DNA of 64,000 bases. Origin: Strigamia acuminata (taxonomy: Eukaryota). Under the pieces are notes generated by a model. The model did not search any database. It was given only the letters and a program-made list of their open reading frames with translations, and had not been told where the DNA came from. Every line of letters begins with the position of its first letter. Positions within the stretch are counted from its first letter, which is position 1. The DNA lies in NCBI GenBank assembly GCA_949358305.1, contig OX442314.1, positions 2,976,001 through 3,040,000 on the forward strand, in the 5' to 3' direction. Positions 1 to 10,626 of this stretch are shown one piece after another. A program made the position numbers and the translations under genes.

Positions 1-709
1 TTTTGAAGAAACCTTCGTCATACATAAAATCATCTTTTGTAATATCACAAAATTTATTTCATGTGTCTAGTCAAATGTATCGCTATAAATATATAATAAT
101 AGATTCAAACTTTGGAATTCTTTGTATCATTTGACTAATTTAATTAAACTAGTTGCTTTAATAATGCAGCATTACATTTCCCAAGATTTTATATTAATTC
201 TAACTTTTATATTTTGTCCCCCTTTTCTTTAGAAACGAGGTCATGATTCATAGAGAAAGAATGTTTCTGTTACTCTATAATGGGAGATCTTTTGATCTGA
301 TGAATTCCCTACATTTTGTGTCGAGAAAGCTTCTCAAATAAGTCGGATATAGACTTATTAATAACCGTTGTTATTCTGGTTTCCATTTCTGTAAGCCGTT
401 GTTCTAACACTTCGATGGTGACCCAATTTTGTCGGGGTCGTTTAAATGAGTCTTTTGACACATTTGAATAATCAAAATTCTTATTCTGGTCATTAAATTT
501 TCGTTTAGTCCAGGTGGGACAATCTTTTTTAGTATGTCCCGGTTGTTTACAATGAAAACATTTGCGGACGTACGTGAAGGTTGCATTCTGTGAATTTGTA
601 GCTTCAGGAACAGAAAGGCGTATGCCATTTTCACCACATATGAATTTGTTGGTCTGATGGCTAGTTGAATTAATATTAGATCGACTAGGCCAGTTTTCTT
701 CAAACACCA

Positions 710-841
710 TGTGAGAATGATAAAGACAACCGATCAAGATGATTGTCTAAACTAGACTGATTTATTCATAAAACCTAGAACCAATCATACAAAAGATAGA
801 ACAAGTCTCGAAATGACCCCCAGGGGGAGCTATCGCTCACA
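710..841 (-). repeat. 3' LTR of element A
   Basis: Direct repeat of 10495-10626; TG...CA ends; preceded on the minus strand by a purine tract (plus-strand ccccccctttttt). Confidence 0.93.
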
Positions 842-2534
842 CGACCCCCCTTTTTGGGTTGTCGCCCTCGACAACAAAACAAAAAATTCAACAATTTCGA
901 TACAATGCGATTTTCTAATGCACAACAAGCCTCCGATAACTCCTCGCTCATCTTTGTCGAGTCCGTCTCTCCCGTCAAAGTCTCTTTTTGTTCTTCGGCA
1001 AAATATCTCTTAAGCTCCAGGTCCTCCAGCCAGCCCGGCTCCAAATTTTCTCGTACAATCTTGCCCTTGTGACTCGATTCGTCTTCATTTTCATTCGCCT
1101 CATTCTTATCGTGTTCCTCGCCTTTCTCGTCGTGTTCCTCACCATATTTCGCGTCAACTTCATTGAACCCCGAAACCGTTTCGTCGAATTTTGATCTGTC
1201 CTCTCTCAAATTCACATTTTCTACGATCGCAACTAGCTCGATTTTCGTAACGTCAAGTTCTAAGTTCTCCTTCCCGCATTCCACGCCAAGATCGTCGTCG
1301 TTTTCAACAAATTCTTCGTCGTTGTTGTCAAAAATGCCATTTTCGTTTTCAACTTGATCGTTTTTTTCAAATTCGTCAACTTCTCCGTCCTTGTCGTCGT
1401 CTGCTACGTCCAAAATCTTGTCATATTCCACGACCAGTGACAAACACACGTTTTCTCGGTTCGCCTCTTTCTCGAATATTGCGCAACCAACAGTCCGAAC
1501 CTTGCTGCGATCTCTTGAAACATTCATGTCGCCATTCGGTTCCAAAATCAGCCTCAGACCTTCTTGCCTACGCCAGTCTGTGCCTACGATGATAGGAAAA
1601 GGTAAACCTGACGACACTGCTACATTCCTCATTCTCGATTGAATATCGCCAATACGAAACGAAATGTCGAGAAATCCATCGATCTCCAACGGGCCATTGA
1701 CGGAATGAAAACTGGCCCCCGATCTATTCGCTCTTAATCATCTCCGGTTTCCTCGTCTTGACAACACAAGCTATAACCTTCTCCGGCGTTTTCTCCGTCG
1801 TAACTGCTCCCGCACTTGCCAACAAACAGTCGAAAGACACGTGTCCGATCTTACCGCACTTAAAACACGTGAGAGTAGATTTATCCATCCCGTATCTATA
1901 TTGCACGTGACGTTGTGAGTTCTTGTTCGTCGACGCCGCCGAAAATGCTTCCTTCGTCGATTCCCTCACCACGTCCTCCGCTGCTCGTTTAACTTCGACG
2001 TTACTACTATTTTTGTCCGTTGTCTTCACTTTTCTCGCCCCGTCCAAACCCCTCGCGCGATGTAAAAGCTCCTCAACCGAACCGATGTTGCCAGATGCCA
2101 ACGGAAACGACACCAACTCCTCGCCAATTCCGCCCAAAATCATCGACACTCGATCCGATTCACTTATACGGCTCGCACAACGCTCTAGTAAAGTGTTCTT
2201 TGAATAAATGTAATGAACGATCGTCTCCGATGCTTCCAGTTTTCTTTTCTTTTGCATTTCAAAGAATTCGTTCAAGTTCATGCGGCACTTAAATCTATCT
2301 TCTAGAGCCCACATCCAGCCCTCCAAACTCGATATTTTCTTTCCTTCAGTCTTCTGCCAGTCGCTGGCGTGACCTTCTAGCCTCGTTGCTGCGTTCAATA
2401 GCGTCAGATCGTCCGTCCAGGCCGAAAGCTTCGCCACGCGTTTTACCTCCTTCACCCACGAATGCACGTTCTCCTTATCGTCGCCCGAAAAAGAGGATAT
2501 GGCTTTTACGGTGTCGACGGTTGAGTGCATCTGC
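775..2534 (-). pseudogene. Element A gag (capsid + CCHC knuckle), truncated protease and acidic tail
   Basis: VDTVKAISSFSGDDKENVHSW... aligns by eye with element C gag VDTTKGVPVFKGKRDENVEHF. Zinc knuckle CFKCGKIGHVSFDC; protease C-half FPIIVGTDWRRQ. Stop at 1724 and frame change before 1689. Confidence 0.85.
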
Positions 2535-3080
2535 TGTTGGTCTACGGACCGTGTTTGTAGTCGATGTAAGACAGATTCGGCTTGTATTATCATTTTACCG
2601 GTGTATTTCTCAATTATTGCTTATTTACCGATCTTTTAAGTTGTTTATCATATTTTTGGTCATTTAGTCATTGTTTATGTATTTTAGCATGAGGCACCAT
2701 GCATTTGTTAGTTTTGGAAGTTACTTTGACTATTTTCCTAATTTGCAATGTTGTATTGCGACACAAGGTGTCGCTACTCACTCTCTCTCGAATCCAAGAT
2801 GGCGCTGCACACGGAGTTGCTTGCCCATCCTTTTTCCCAACCTGATTTGGACCACTATGTAAGATATTTTGTTTATATTAAATCATTTTATTATTTGTAT
2901 ATGCTATTTGCATCATTCCACGGCATATAAGTGCTTGTGCACGGCCGTATCTTGCTCGAAACGTTTTCGGCGCGAGTATTCTGCGCGCGAGAATTTGCGA
3001 GCACTCTGCGAGTCGGGTTCCGACTCTGTTTTCGATTTTTCGCTCGTAATTCCGAGCTAATTTCCTCCTCCTCTGCTACA
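2535..3080 (+). repeat. 5' LTR of element B
   Basis: tgttgg...gctaca; repeated at +6558. Confidence 0.97.
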
Positions 3081-3082
3081 AT

Positions 3083-3100
3083 TGGTAGCAGAGGATGGTT
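3083..3100 (+). promoter_or_regulatory. Primer-binding site for initiator tRNA-Met
   Basis: tggtagcagaggatggtt is the complement of the 3' 18 nt of animal tRNAi-Met (...AACCAUCCUCUGCUACCA). Confidence 0.92.
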
Positions 3101-3979
3101 GCTATCCTCTGTTAGCACGCTTTCCACTAATTTTTGCCAAGAAATTCGCGATTTTCGCGATTCGCGGCAAATTTTTGCCTATTTTCAGATTCCGACGTCG
3201 ATTTCCGCCGATTTTCGTCCTTTTCGTTTTCGTAACGTCTTCGAGACGTTCATTCGACGTTCTACCGACGTTCTCCTGTCTAACTTTGCCGAAAATTACG
3301 CGGGTTACGCGAATTTTCCGGCAAATCTTTATATTTTCAGATTTAACGCTGATTTCGCCGAGATTCCGACTCGTCACCGCCGACGAGGCGTGTTATCATC
3401 TAGAAACGGGCAAAACCCGCTGTATTCACCCCGGTGTGTCTACAGTATCGTCGATTTATTTATCTTTCGACGATTTTTGGATTTTTCCTCGATTTATTCG
3501 GGTCGAATGCGCTTTTCAGCCGCTTTTTCGAGAAAAGCGAGCAAACCCGTGTTTTCTACACGACGGTGTGGTGACCAGCCCACACAGAATCTCCATTTCG
3601 CCTTCTTTATTTTTCAGGGTCGTATTATTATTATTGTTAGATTTAAGGGGGATTTTGGTGTGGGACATTTAGTATCCTCGGCGCCCTTCGCTCGAATCCG
3701 GGCAAGCGTCGTTGTATTCCCCGATAGTGCTTGTCGTGGTACAAGTGAGGTTTCCCGCGGTTCCAGGCAACCGGTCGGACCCTCTCAGACTGGCTATCGG
3801 GGGTTTTTTGATTTCTTCAGAAGGAATCGCCCCATTTACGGTTTCCGCTTTGAACCACGAGGGAGGTGTGTGTGTGTTGTGAAGTGCATCGTGTTCGTCA
3901 GTGCTCCGAATTTAGTGCGCCAATACCACTCTCGTCGCTTCTGTGATTTTTCGCGTTCTGTCTCGCCTTGGCTGCTATC

Positions 3980-6900
3980 ATGCAAAAAGTCAGTGATCCG
4001 ACCAGCGGCAGAGTTCCCGTACTCGCTGTAGGGAATTACGACTCGTGGCAGAGGAGCATGCGAATGCTCCTCAAAGCAGAAGGATTGTGGCACCACGTGA
4101 CGGAAACCGAGGAAGTTGAATACCTAAAAACCGCATCGGAAAAGGAGAAAGTCAAATATCAGCGCAAGAAAGACAAGGCTCTCGGCCTCATTTACTGTTT
4201 TGTCTCCGAGGCAAAGAAGTCGGCCCTTGATAATTGCGATACACCTAAACAATCTTGGGATAAGTTGGCGCAGATCTACGCTCCCAGCTCCCGCGCGCGC
4301 CAAGCCGCGATGCGCTGGGATTTCCTCGCTCTCCGACTTGGCCCGAACGAGGAAATGGCTGATTTCATCGCCCGCGTCGATTACCACGCCAGCCAACTTA
4401 AGTCGGTGGGTGAACCAGTCTCAGATGTTCACCATTCGTATCAGTACTTACACCGCCTTCCGCCCGAGTATTCGCAAGCATCGTTTGCCATATACCATTG
4501 GCCAGATGACCAGTTCATACCGGATAAAGTGTCCGAACAGCTTCTCTCCGAGTATATGCGCCTCAAATCAATCCATACGAACAATTCTCAGTCAGCATCG
4601 GCGCATACTTCCAACACTGGTCAATCTCGACGGAATCAATCCCGACCTCCGCGTGATATTTCGACGGTTCGATGTTTTAATTGTCAAGAACTCGGACATT
4701 ACGCCAACAAGTGCCCTCATCAGAAAGGCGATGGTCAGAACCGCCAGGCACCCGCTGCGCAAGTCCAACGCTCCTCTCGCAGTAAGAGCCGTCGCAGTAA
4801 CAAGAACGCGTCGAAGCCGGAGGATCCCAAGCCACGGGGCAGTTCCAGGCCACGACGAGATGCAAATTTCTTCGTCAATTGTCCCCAGATCATCGAGCGT
4901 CCTATTGCACATTTTATGCAGTCAAATGAGTGGATCATTGACTGCGGGGCCACCGACCACATTTCTCATATTCGATCGTGGTTTTCGGACTTTGAACAAA
5001 TTACGCCATTCGACATCGAACTCGGACAGGGCAAGTCCAAAGTAACCGGACGTGGTAACGTGCGACTTCAGACCTCGATTGACAACTGTGACTGTTTTGT
5101 GACTCTACACAATGTCTTATTTGCACCGAACTTTGAGGCGAATCTTGTCTCCGTGAGCAAAATCGACAGAAACAAATTCCACATTGATATATATGACGGG
5201 GAGGTTAATGTCTATCAATCCGACATTCGCTCATCAGTTCTCCGGGCGAAGGAAAAGGCTGGATTATATTACGTGGATGGACTTTGTGTGACCCCCGCTA
5301 TTGCGACAACGGTTTCGCCGACTCTTCAGCCTGCACCAACAACTCCAGTCAAGATGCTGGTCACTTCTGAGGTTGATTTCGAGCCAATTCCGAAACCGAA
5401 AAAGAAGTCAAAGACAAAAACTGAGCACATGACGGATTTTCGTATCGAGTTGCCATCTTTGGACGTCGTGAACGAAATTCCGACCCCAACTCCTACTAAT
5501 CCGTTATCGAACCTAAGTCCTACCCAAGCTCAACTCCCTCCTTCCGTCCCATCCCATTCCGACGTCATTCAGTCAATCCCGACGTCATCCATCCCTAAAA
5601 CGAGTTCTCCACCTAAAAAGGAGACGGTTGCTGCTGCGGCATCAAGAAAAGACGCAACTGGACTGTGGCATAGTCGTCTTGGCCACCTCCACACCAAGTC
5701 AATGCGTCTTCTGGCAACCAATGATCAGGTCTACGGGATGGAACCGGCTGAAGTGTCCAAGGAGTTGGCATGCAACGACTGTCGACTTGCAAAGTCAATC
5801 CGTAAATCACACAAGCCGGATTTAAACCCAATTTCAACCAAAGCACTGGACCTTCTCCACATGGATGTCTGGGGACCATCAGAAACCACATCCATTGGGG
5901 GAGCTCGTTTCGTATTCACGATAATTGACGACGCCACGCGATATTGTTGGATAACACCGATGGCACAAAAATCTCAAGTCTTCGGCATATTCAAGGATTT
6001 CGTCACCCGTATCGAATGCGTTGCAAGTACTCGTGTGAAGGCTATCCGTTCTGACCGTGGTGGAGAGTTCATGTCGAATGAATTCCTCGACTACCTTCGA
6101 GAGAAGGGCATCGAAGGTCAGCGTACCAACCCTAATTCACCCGCTATGAATGGAACGGCCGAACGAATCAACCGGACAATGGCCGAAAACGTGAGAGCTG
6201 TGTTAAACGAGACCAAACTCCCGGATGCGTTGTGGGCCGAATTGGCTGTGACATTCGCCTACATTAAAAACCGCTCTCCACATTCTCGTTTAAACAATCA
6301 GGTTCCTTATATCCTGTGGCGACAGCGAGCCCTTTCATTGCGGCATCTACGACGAATAGGATCAAAATGTTGGGTGCATTTTACCGCACCGGGACGCAAG
6401 AAGCTCCAAATGCGTGCCTGGGAGGGCTATGTTGTCGGATACGCAGTCGGAACGAGAGGATATCGCATTTGGAACCCATTGGATGATAAAATTACCGAAT
6501 CATGTCATGTCAGGATCGACGAAAGGATATCGTATCGCCGGTCTATTCGAAATGGCAACGGGAATCACCAATCTACGTTTGAATTCCCGGTTGAAAACGT
6601 TCAAAACTTCCCACAATCGACTGTATCGTTTGATGAAAACATCCAGTATCTTGACTGGCCAAAGGGATCGGACTCAGAGGATGAACACTCGTCGTCAGAC
6701 GATGAGCCTGAGATGCCTCCGCTGGAAGAAAGTTCGAGCTCAGCCGCATCCGCTCAATTTATGACACCTGAGCGACAACTTCTTGAGGCGTGTGCTTTGA
6801 GATTGCCAAGCTCCGATAGTAATCTGGGTGATGACACGGATCGTGACGTTGATGATATAGACGAAGTTTCCCTTGTGCCTATGTCTACCTATACTTCTCC

Positions 6901-8890
6901 TCATGTGTCACCTCAAACTTCACCGCAAACCTCGCCCCCGTTATCCCAACCGGGCTCTCCGAGCAGATTTGTGACTACGCGAAGAACAATGGGTACTTCT
7001 GTTCTTCAACACACAATTCCAGTTTTTGGTGCAGGACCCATGTCTCCAGCTCCACTTCATGGTATCGAGGTATTACCAACCACTGCCAGACAGACAGCTT
7101 TTATGTGGAGATATATCGGAGGAGATTCGCCGTGTGCTGGTTGGAAACGTGAAGAGCATCTCAGAAAGGATCAGAGACCCGGGAAAATTGACACCGACGT
7201 TTATTATTTCCCGGAACCGGATGTGCGACTGCGTTCCCGTAAAGACGTCGAAAAATATTGTCAGTTTAATCACATCGAGTACGATCCGGAGCTCTTCTTC
7301 TTTGGCAACATTGAATACACTTTGCCAACGATTCCTGGCCGACATGTGGCTCATCTCTGCCGAACCGAACCCGCATCTTTCGCCGAAATTCCGAAATTCG
7401 ACGATGCTCCGAAATGGAGAGAAGCAATCGCAGAGGAACTCGGAACTTTTGAAGAGCGAGAGGTTTATGTTGAAGTACCGAGGCCGCCAGACACGACGAT
7501 CCTCGGGTGCAAGTGGATCTTCAAGTTGAAATCTGACGCCGCTGGCAAGATTACTCGTTACCGCGCCCGCCTTGTTGCTCAAGGCTTCCGACAAACTCTC
7601 GGCGTCGACTACGATGAGGTTTTCAGCCCCGTAGTGAACTTTGTGCTCATTCGGATGTTCTTTTGTTTGCTCGTCGTTCTCCGAGGTTGGAAAGACGCGC
7701 ACCTCGACGTGAAGTGCGCTTACCTTTACGGTGAGCTCGAGCATAAGGTGTACATGCGCATCCCGGCTGGGGCAACCTGTACAAATCCGAACAACGTCTG
7801 GCTACTCATAAAATCCCTTTACGGTCTGCACCAGTCGGGAAGACAGTGGTTTGAAAAGCTCGACGAAACGCTTCGATCTCTCGGATTCCGCAAACTTCCT
7901 GGCTGCAATTGCGTGTACATGTTTGGATCTTCGGCGCTAATGTTAGTCTACGTGGACGATATCGTTCTATTCTACGCAACTGACTCCGTTCTCGACCGTC
8001 TCATCACTCTGATTAGCACCAAGTTTCAGATTGTTAATCTGGGACCCATCACGAAACTACTCGGGGTTGAGTTCATTCGTGACGCTGGCAAAACATTCAT
8101 CAGCCAGCGAACGTACATCGCAAAAATCATAAAGAAGTTCGGCACCGTTATTAATAACCTCGTCAAGGTTCCAGTCACTCCGGGGACCATGCTCACAAAA
8201 GGACCGACAGAAAACCTAATCGATTTCCCATATCGATCCCTTATTGGATCTCTGTTATTTTTGGCCTCTCGAACTCGCCCCGACATCCTGTACTCGGTGA
8301 TATTCCTTTCACAATTCAACACCTGTTATACGCAAGCTCACATCAAGGCTTTGTTTCAAGTGCTGCAGTACGTGTCTAACACAGCGGACTACTGCATTGA
8401 ACTATCGGGATGTTCGACTGGACTTTTGTGGGCATACACCGACGCGTCGTGGGCATCGGACACCGCTACTTCACTCAGCTTCGGAGGATACATTTGTTAT
8501 ATCGGGAACACGCCAATTGGGTGGTCTTGCCGCAAGCAAACCACAGTCGCCTGTTCGACTATGGAGGCCGAATTTCTTGCCCTAGTCGACACGGTCAAGG
8601 AGCTTTATTGGCTGCATCATGTATACTCCGAATGTTCGATACTCGACCGCGTTCCACGACCCGTCATCTACTCCGACGCACTTGCCGCTATCCAATTCAC
8701 CGCGAATGACGTCGAGAACAGTAAGACGAAGCACATTCGCGTTAAGTTCCATTGGCTGCGGGAGTGGTATTCGGCGGGACGTTTCGAGCTCAGAAAAGTG
8801 CCCGGCGATCTTAACGTCGCCGATATATTTACAAAATGGCTCGGCTCGGAACGACTTCGATCACTCATCTCGCGAATCTTCCGACTCTAA
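3980..8890 (+). CDS. Copia Gag-Pol polyprotein (gag, CCHC, protease, integrase, MBD, RT, RNase H)
   Basis: First ATG at 3980. Motifs: CFNCQELGHYANKC, WIIDCGATDH, LWHSRLGH..CNDC, LHMDVWGP/RSDRGGEF/NGTAER, LVYVDDI, AYTDASWA. Integrase precedes RT (copia order). Confidence 0.96.
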   Translation: MQKVSDPTSGRVPVLAVGNYDSWQRSMRMLLKAEGLWHHVTETEEVEYLKTASEKEKVKYQRKKDKALGLIYCFVSEAKKSALDNCDTPKQSWDKLAQIYAPSSRARQAAMRWDFLALRLGPNEEMADFIARVDYHASQLKSVGEPVSDVHHSYQYLHRLPPEYSQASFAIYHWPDDQFIPDKVSEQLLSEYMRLKSIHTNNSQSASAHTSNTGQSRRNQSRPPRDISTVRCFNCQELGHYANKCPHQKGDGQNRQAPAAQVQRSSRSKSRRSNKNASKPEDPKPRGSSRPRRDANFFVNCPQIIERPIAHFMQSNEWIIDCGATDHISHIRSWFSDFEQITPFDIELGQGKSKVTGRGNVRLQTSIDNCDCFVTLHNVLFAPNFEANLVSVSKIDRNKFHIDIYDGEVNVYQSDIRSSVLRAKEKAGLYYVDGLCVTPAIATTVSPTLQPAPTTPVKMLVTSEVDFEPIPKPKKKSKTKTEHMTDFRIELPSLDVVNEIPTPTPTNPLSNLSPTQAQLPPSVPSHSDVIQSIPTSSIPKTSSPPKKETVAAAASRKDATGLWHSRLGHLHTKSMRLLATNDQVYGMEPAEVSKELACNDCRLAKSIRKSHKPDLNPISTKALDLLHMDVWGPSETTSIGGARFVFTIIDDATRYCWITPMAQKSQVFGIFKDFVTRIECVASTRVKAIRSDRGGEFMSNEFLDYLREKGIEGQRTNPNSPAMNGTAERINRTMAENVRAVLNETKLPDALWAELAVTFAYIKNRSPHSRLNNQVPYILWRQRALSLRHLRRIGSKCWVHFTAPGRKKLQMRAWEGYVVGYAVGTRGYRIWNPLDDKITESCHVRIDERISYRRSIRNGNGNHQSTFEFPVENVQNFPQSTVSFDENIQYLDWPKGSDSEDEHSSSDDEPEMPPLEESSSSAASAQFMTPERQLLEACALRLPSSDSNLGDDTDRDVDDIDEVSLVPMSTYTSPHVSPQTSPQTSPPLSQPGSPSRFVTTRRTMGTSVLQHTIPVFGAGPMSPAPLHGIEVLPTTARQTAFMWRYIGGDSPCAGWKREEHLRKDQRPGKIDTDVYYFPEPDVRLRSRKDVEKYCQFNHIEYDPELFFFGNIEYTLPTIPGRHVAHLCRTEPASFAEIPKFDDAPKWREAIAEELGTFEEREVYVEVPRPPDTTILGCKWIFKLKSDAAGKITRYRARLVAQGFRQTLGVDYDEVFSPVVNFVLIRMFFCLLVVLRGWKDAHLDVKCAYLYGELEHKVYMRIPAGATCTNPNNVWLLIKSLYGLHQSGRQWFEKLDETLRSLGFRKLPGCNCVYMFGSSALMLVYVDDIVLFYATDSVLDRLITLISTKFQIVNLGPITKLLGVEFIRDAGKTFISQRTYIAKIIKKFGTVINNLVKVPVTPGTMLTKGPTENLIDFPYRSLIGSLLFLASRTRPDILYSVIFLSQFNTCYTQAHIKALFQVLQYVSNTADYCIELSGCSTGLLWAYTDASWASDTATSLSFGGYICYIGNTPIGWSCRKQTTVACSTMEAEFLALVDTVKELYWLHHVYSECSILDRVPRPVIYSDALAAIQFTANDVENSKTKHIRVKFHWLREWYSAGRFELRKVPGDLNVADIFTKWLGSERLRSLISRIFRL
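7130..7306 (+). other. Methyl-CpG-binding domain (MBD) embedded between integrase and RT
   Basis: PCAGWKREEHLRKDQRPGKIDTDVYYFPEPDVRLRSRKDVEKYC...LFFFG fits the MBD pattern P-x-GW-x-R...R...DVYY-x-P-x-G/D-x-x-x-RS...Y...F-x-F. Confidence 0.85.
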
Positions 8891-9092
8891 AATTATCGAC
8901 ATTCCTAATTTATTTGCCCGACATCGAGGATCATCGAGCTCCAGTGGGAATATTCGGGCTTCCGTAGAGTTCTTCAATGACAGTACCCGGCTCGGTGATT
9001 CGAACTTTATTGTTTATATTTTCTCGTAACACACTGTAATTCCAGTACCCGTTCTGTATTTCCCCGAACCTATTTACATCGAAGGGGGGATT

Positions 9093-9638
9093 TGTTGGTC
9101 TACGGACCGTGTTTGTAGTCGATGTAAGACAGATTCGGCTTGTATTATCATTTTACCGGTGTATTTCTCAATTATTGCTTATTTACCGATCTTTTAAGTT
9201 GTTTATCATATTTTTGGTCATTTAGTCATTGTTTATGTATTTTAGCATGAGGCACCATGCATTTGTTAGTTTTGGAAGTTACTTTGACTATTTTCCTAAT
9301 TTGCAATGTTGTATTGCGACACAAGGTGTCGCTACTCACTCTCTCTCGAATCCAAGATGGCGCTGCACACGGAGTTGCTTGCCCATCCTTTTTCCCAACC
9401 TGATTTGGACCACTATGTAAGATATTTTGTTTATATTAAATCATTTTATTATTTGTATATGCTATTTGCATCATTCCACGGCATATAAGTGCTTGTGCAC
9501 GGCCGTATCTTGCTCGAAACGTTTTCGGCGCGAGTATTCTGCGCGCGAGAATTTGCGAGCACTCTGCGAGTCGGGTTCCGACTCTGTTTTCGATTTTTCG
9601 CTCGTAATTCCGAGCTAATTTCCTCCTCCTCTGCTACA
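9093..9638 (+). repeat. 3' LTR of element B
   Basis: Copy of 2535-3080 following the PPT. Confidence 0.97.
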
Positions 9639-10247
9639 TCTGCACCACCGTGGTCGCGGGACCCGTCTGCGAACACTGGGACGCGATGAGGTATTTTGTG
9701 CCAACAACTCCGAATTCCGCGTCTCCTTCTCCGCATTACGCGCCTCCGTTTCCGCATTACGCGCCGCCGTCTCCGACTTGTCCCGCATCAACATCTTCAT
9801 CATCTCGGCCATTTGAAAAACCATCAATTCGGCGGACGATGCCCCACTTCCGCCGGCTGGACGTGCCGCCTCCTCCGCTTCCAGTTTCTCCGCCTCCAAC
9901 CTTTCTTTCGCCAATTCCTCCGCTGACGTTTTCTCTACGATCTCCGCATCGTCTTCCACCAACTTCTCCGCCGCGATTCTCTCCGCCTCCGCCGCCTCAA
10001 ACGCTGCGATTTCCTTGTTATTTTGCAAAAGTACCGTCATCAAGTCTTGCTTCAAATTGCTCGTCGATTCCAATCCGCGCCTGTCGATTTCTCCTTTCAA
10101 AATCGTCACCGTGAATACGTTCAGGACGTCCTCGACGACGGACAAAAGCGACGAACGACATCCTTGCAAAATTACCGCCAAATTTTCCGCCATTACGTCC
10201 GCCACGTGTTTCGCAAAATTTTCAACAACAATCACCGATCTCGTCAA
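9639..10247 (-). pseudogene. Element A gag N-terminal (coiled-coil-like) portion
   Basis: Glu/Ala-rich ORF downstream of the PBS. After removing B it joins the capsid region only with a frameshift near 9690-9705. Confidence 0.65.
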
Positions 10248-10494
10248 CCACCGACAATGATCACCAACAACTTTTCAACTGCTTATATACGTCTCCGTCT
10301 CCAAATCGAACGTTATCTGGACGTTTTCCACGTGTAACGCGCGTCGTCTCCTTCGTCTCCGTCCCCAAATTTCTCCGCAACTCGATTTTCGAAAATGTTA
10401 AGCCCACGCGCTCTTCATCCAAATCGCCGTCATCAATTTCCAACTGTTTCAACTATTTCACCTTCCCCAAAGTCTTTTTATGTCGACTGCGCCA

Positions 10495-10626
10495 TGTGAG
10501 AATGATAAAGACAACCGATCAAGATGATTGTCTAAACTAGACTGATTTATTCATAAAACCTAGAACCAATCATACAAAAGATAGAACAAGTCTCAAAATG
10601 ACCCCCAGGGGGAGCTATCGCTCACA
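10495..10626 (-). repeat. 5' LTR of element A
   Basis: Direct repeat of 710-841; followed on the minus strand by a tRNA-Ser-type PBS. Confidence 0.93.

Larger units (their letters stand above)
2535..9638 (+). mobile_element. Element B: full-length Ty1/copia LTR retrotransposon with MBD (CopiaMBD-like)
   Basis: 546-bp LTRs at 2535-3080 and 9093-9638 with no differences seen. TSD tctgc at 2530-2534 and 9639-9643. PBS 3083-3100; PPT gaagggggga 9081-9090; single intact gag-pol ORF. Confidence 0.97.
710..10626 (-). mobile_element. Element A: non-autonomous Ty3/gypsy-derived LTR element (~2.8 kb net), interrupted by copia element B
   Basis: 132-bp LTRs at 710-841 and 10495-10626 (tgtgag...ctcaca, one mismatch seen). 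5-bp TSD cacca at 705-709 and 10627-10631. Minus-strand PBS tggcgcagtcgaca (10481-10494) and polypurine tract next to 841. Gag and protease remnants, no RT/RNaseH/integrase. Confidence 0.93.

Noticed and set aside
2931..4031. 366-aa ORF over the copia LTR and leader
   Set aside because: Non-ATG start inside the LTR, Phe/Arg-rich composition from T- and CG-rich leader sequence, no recognisable motif.
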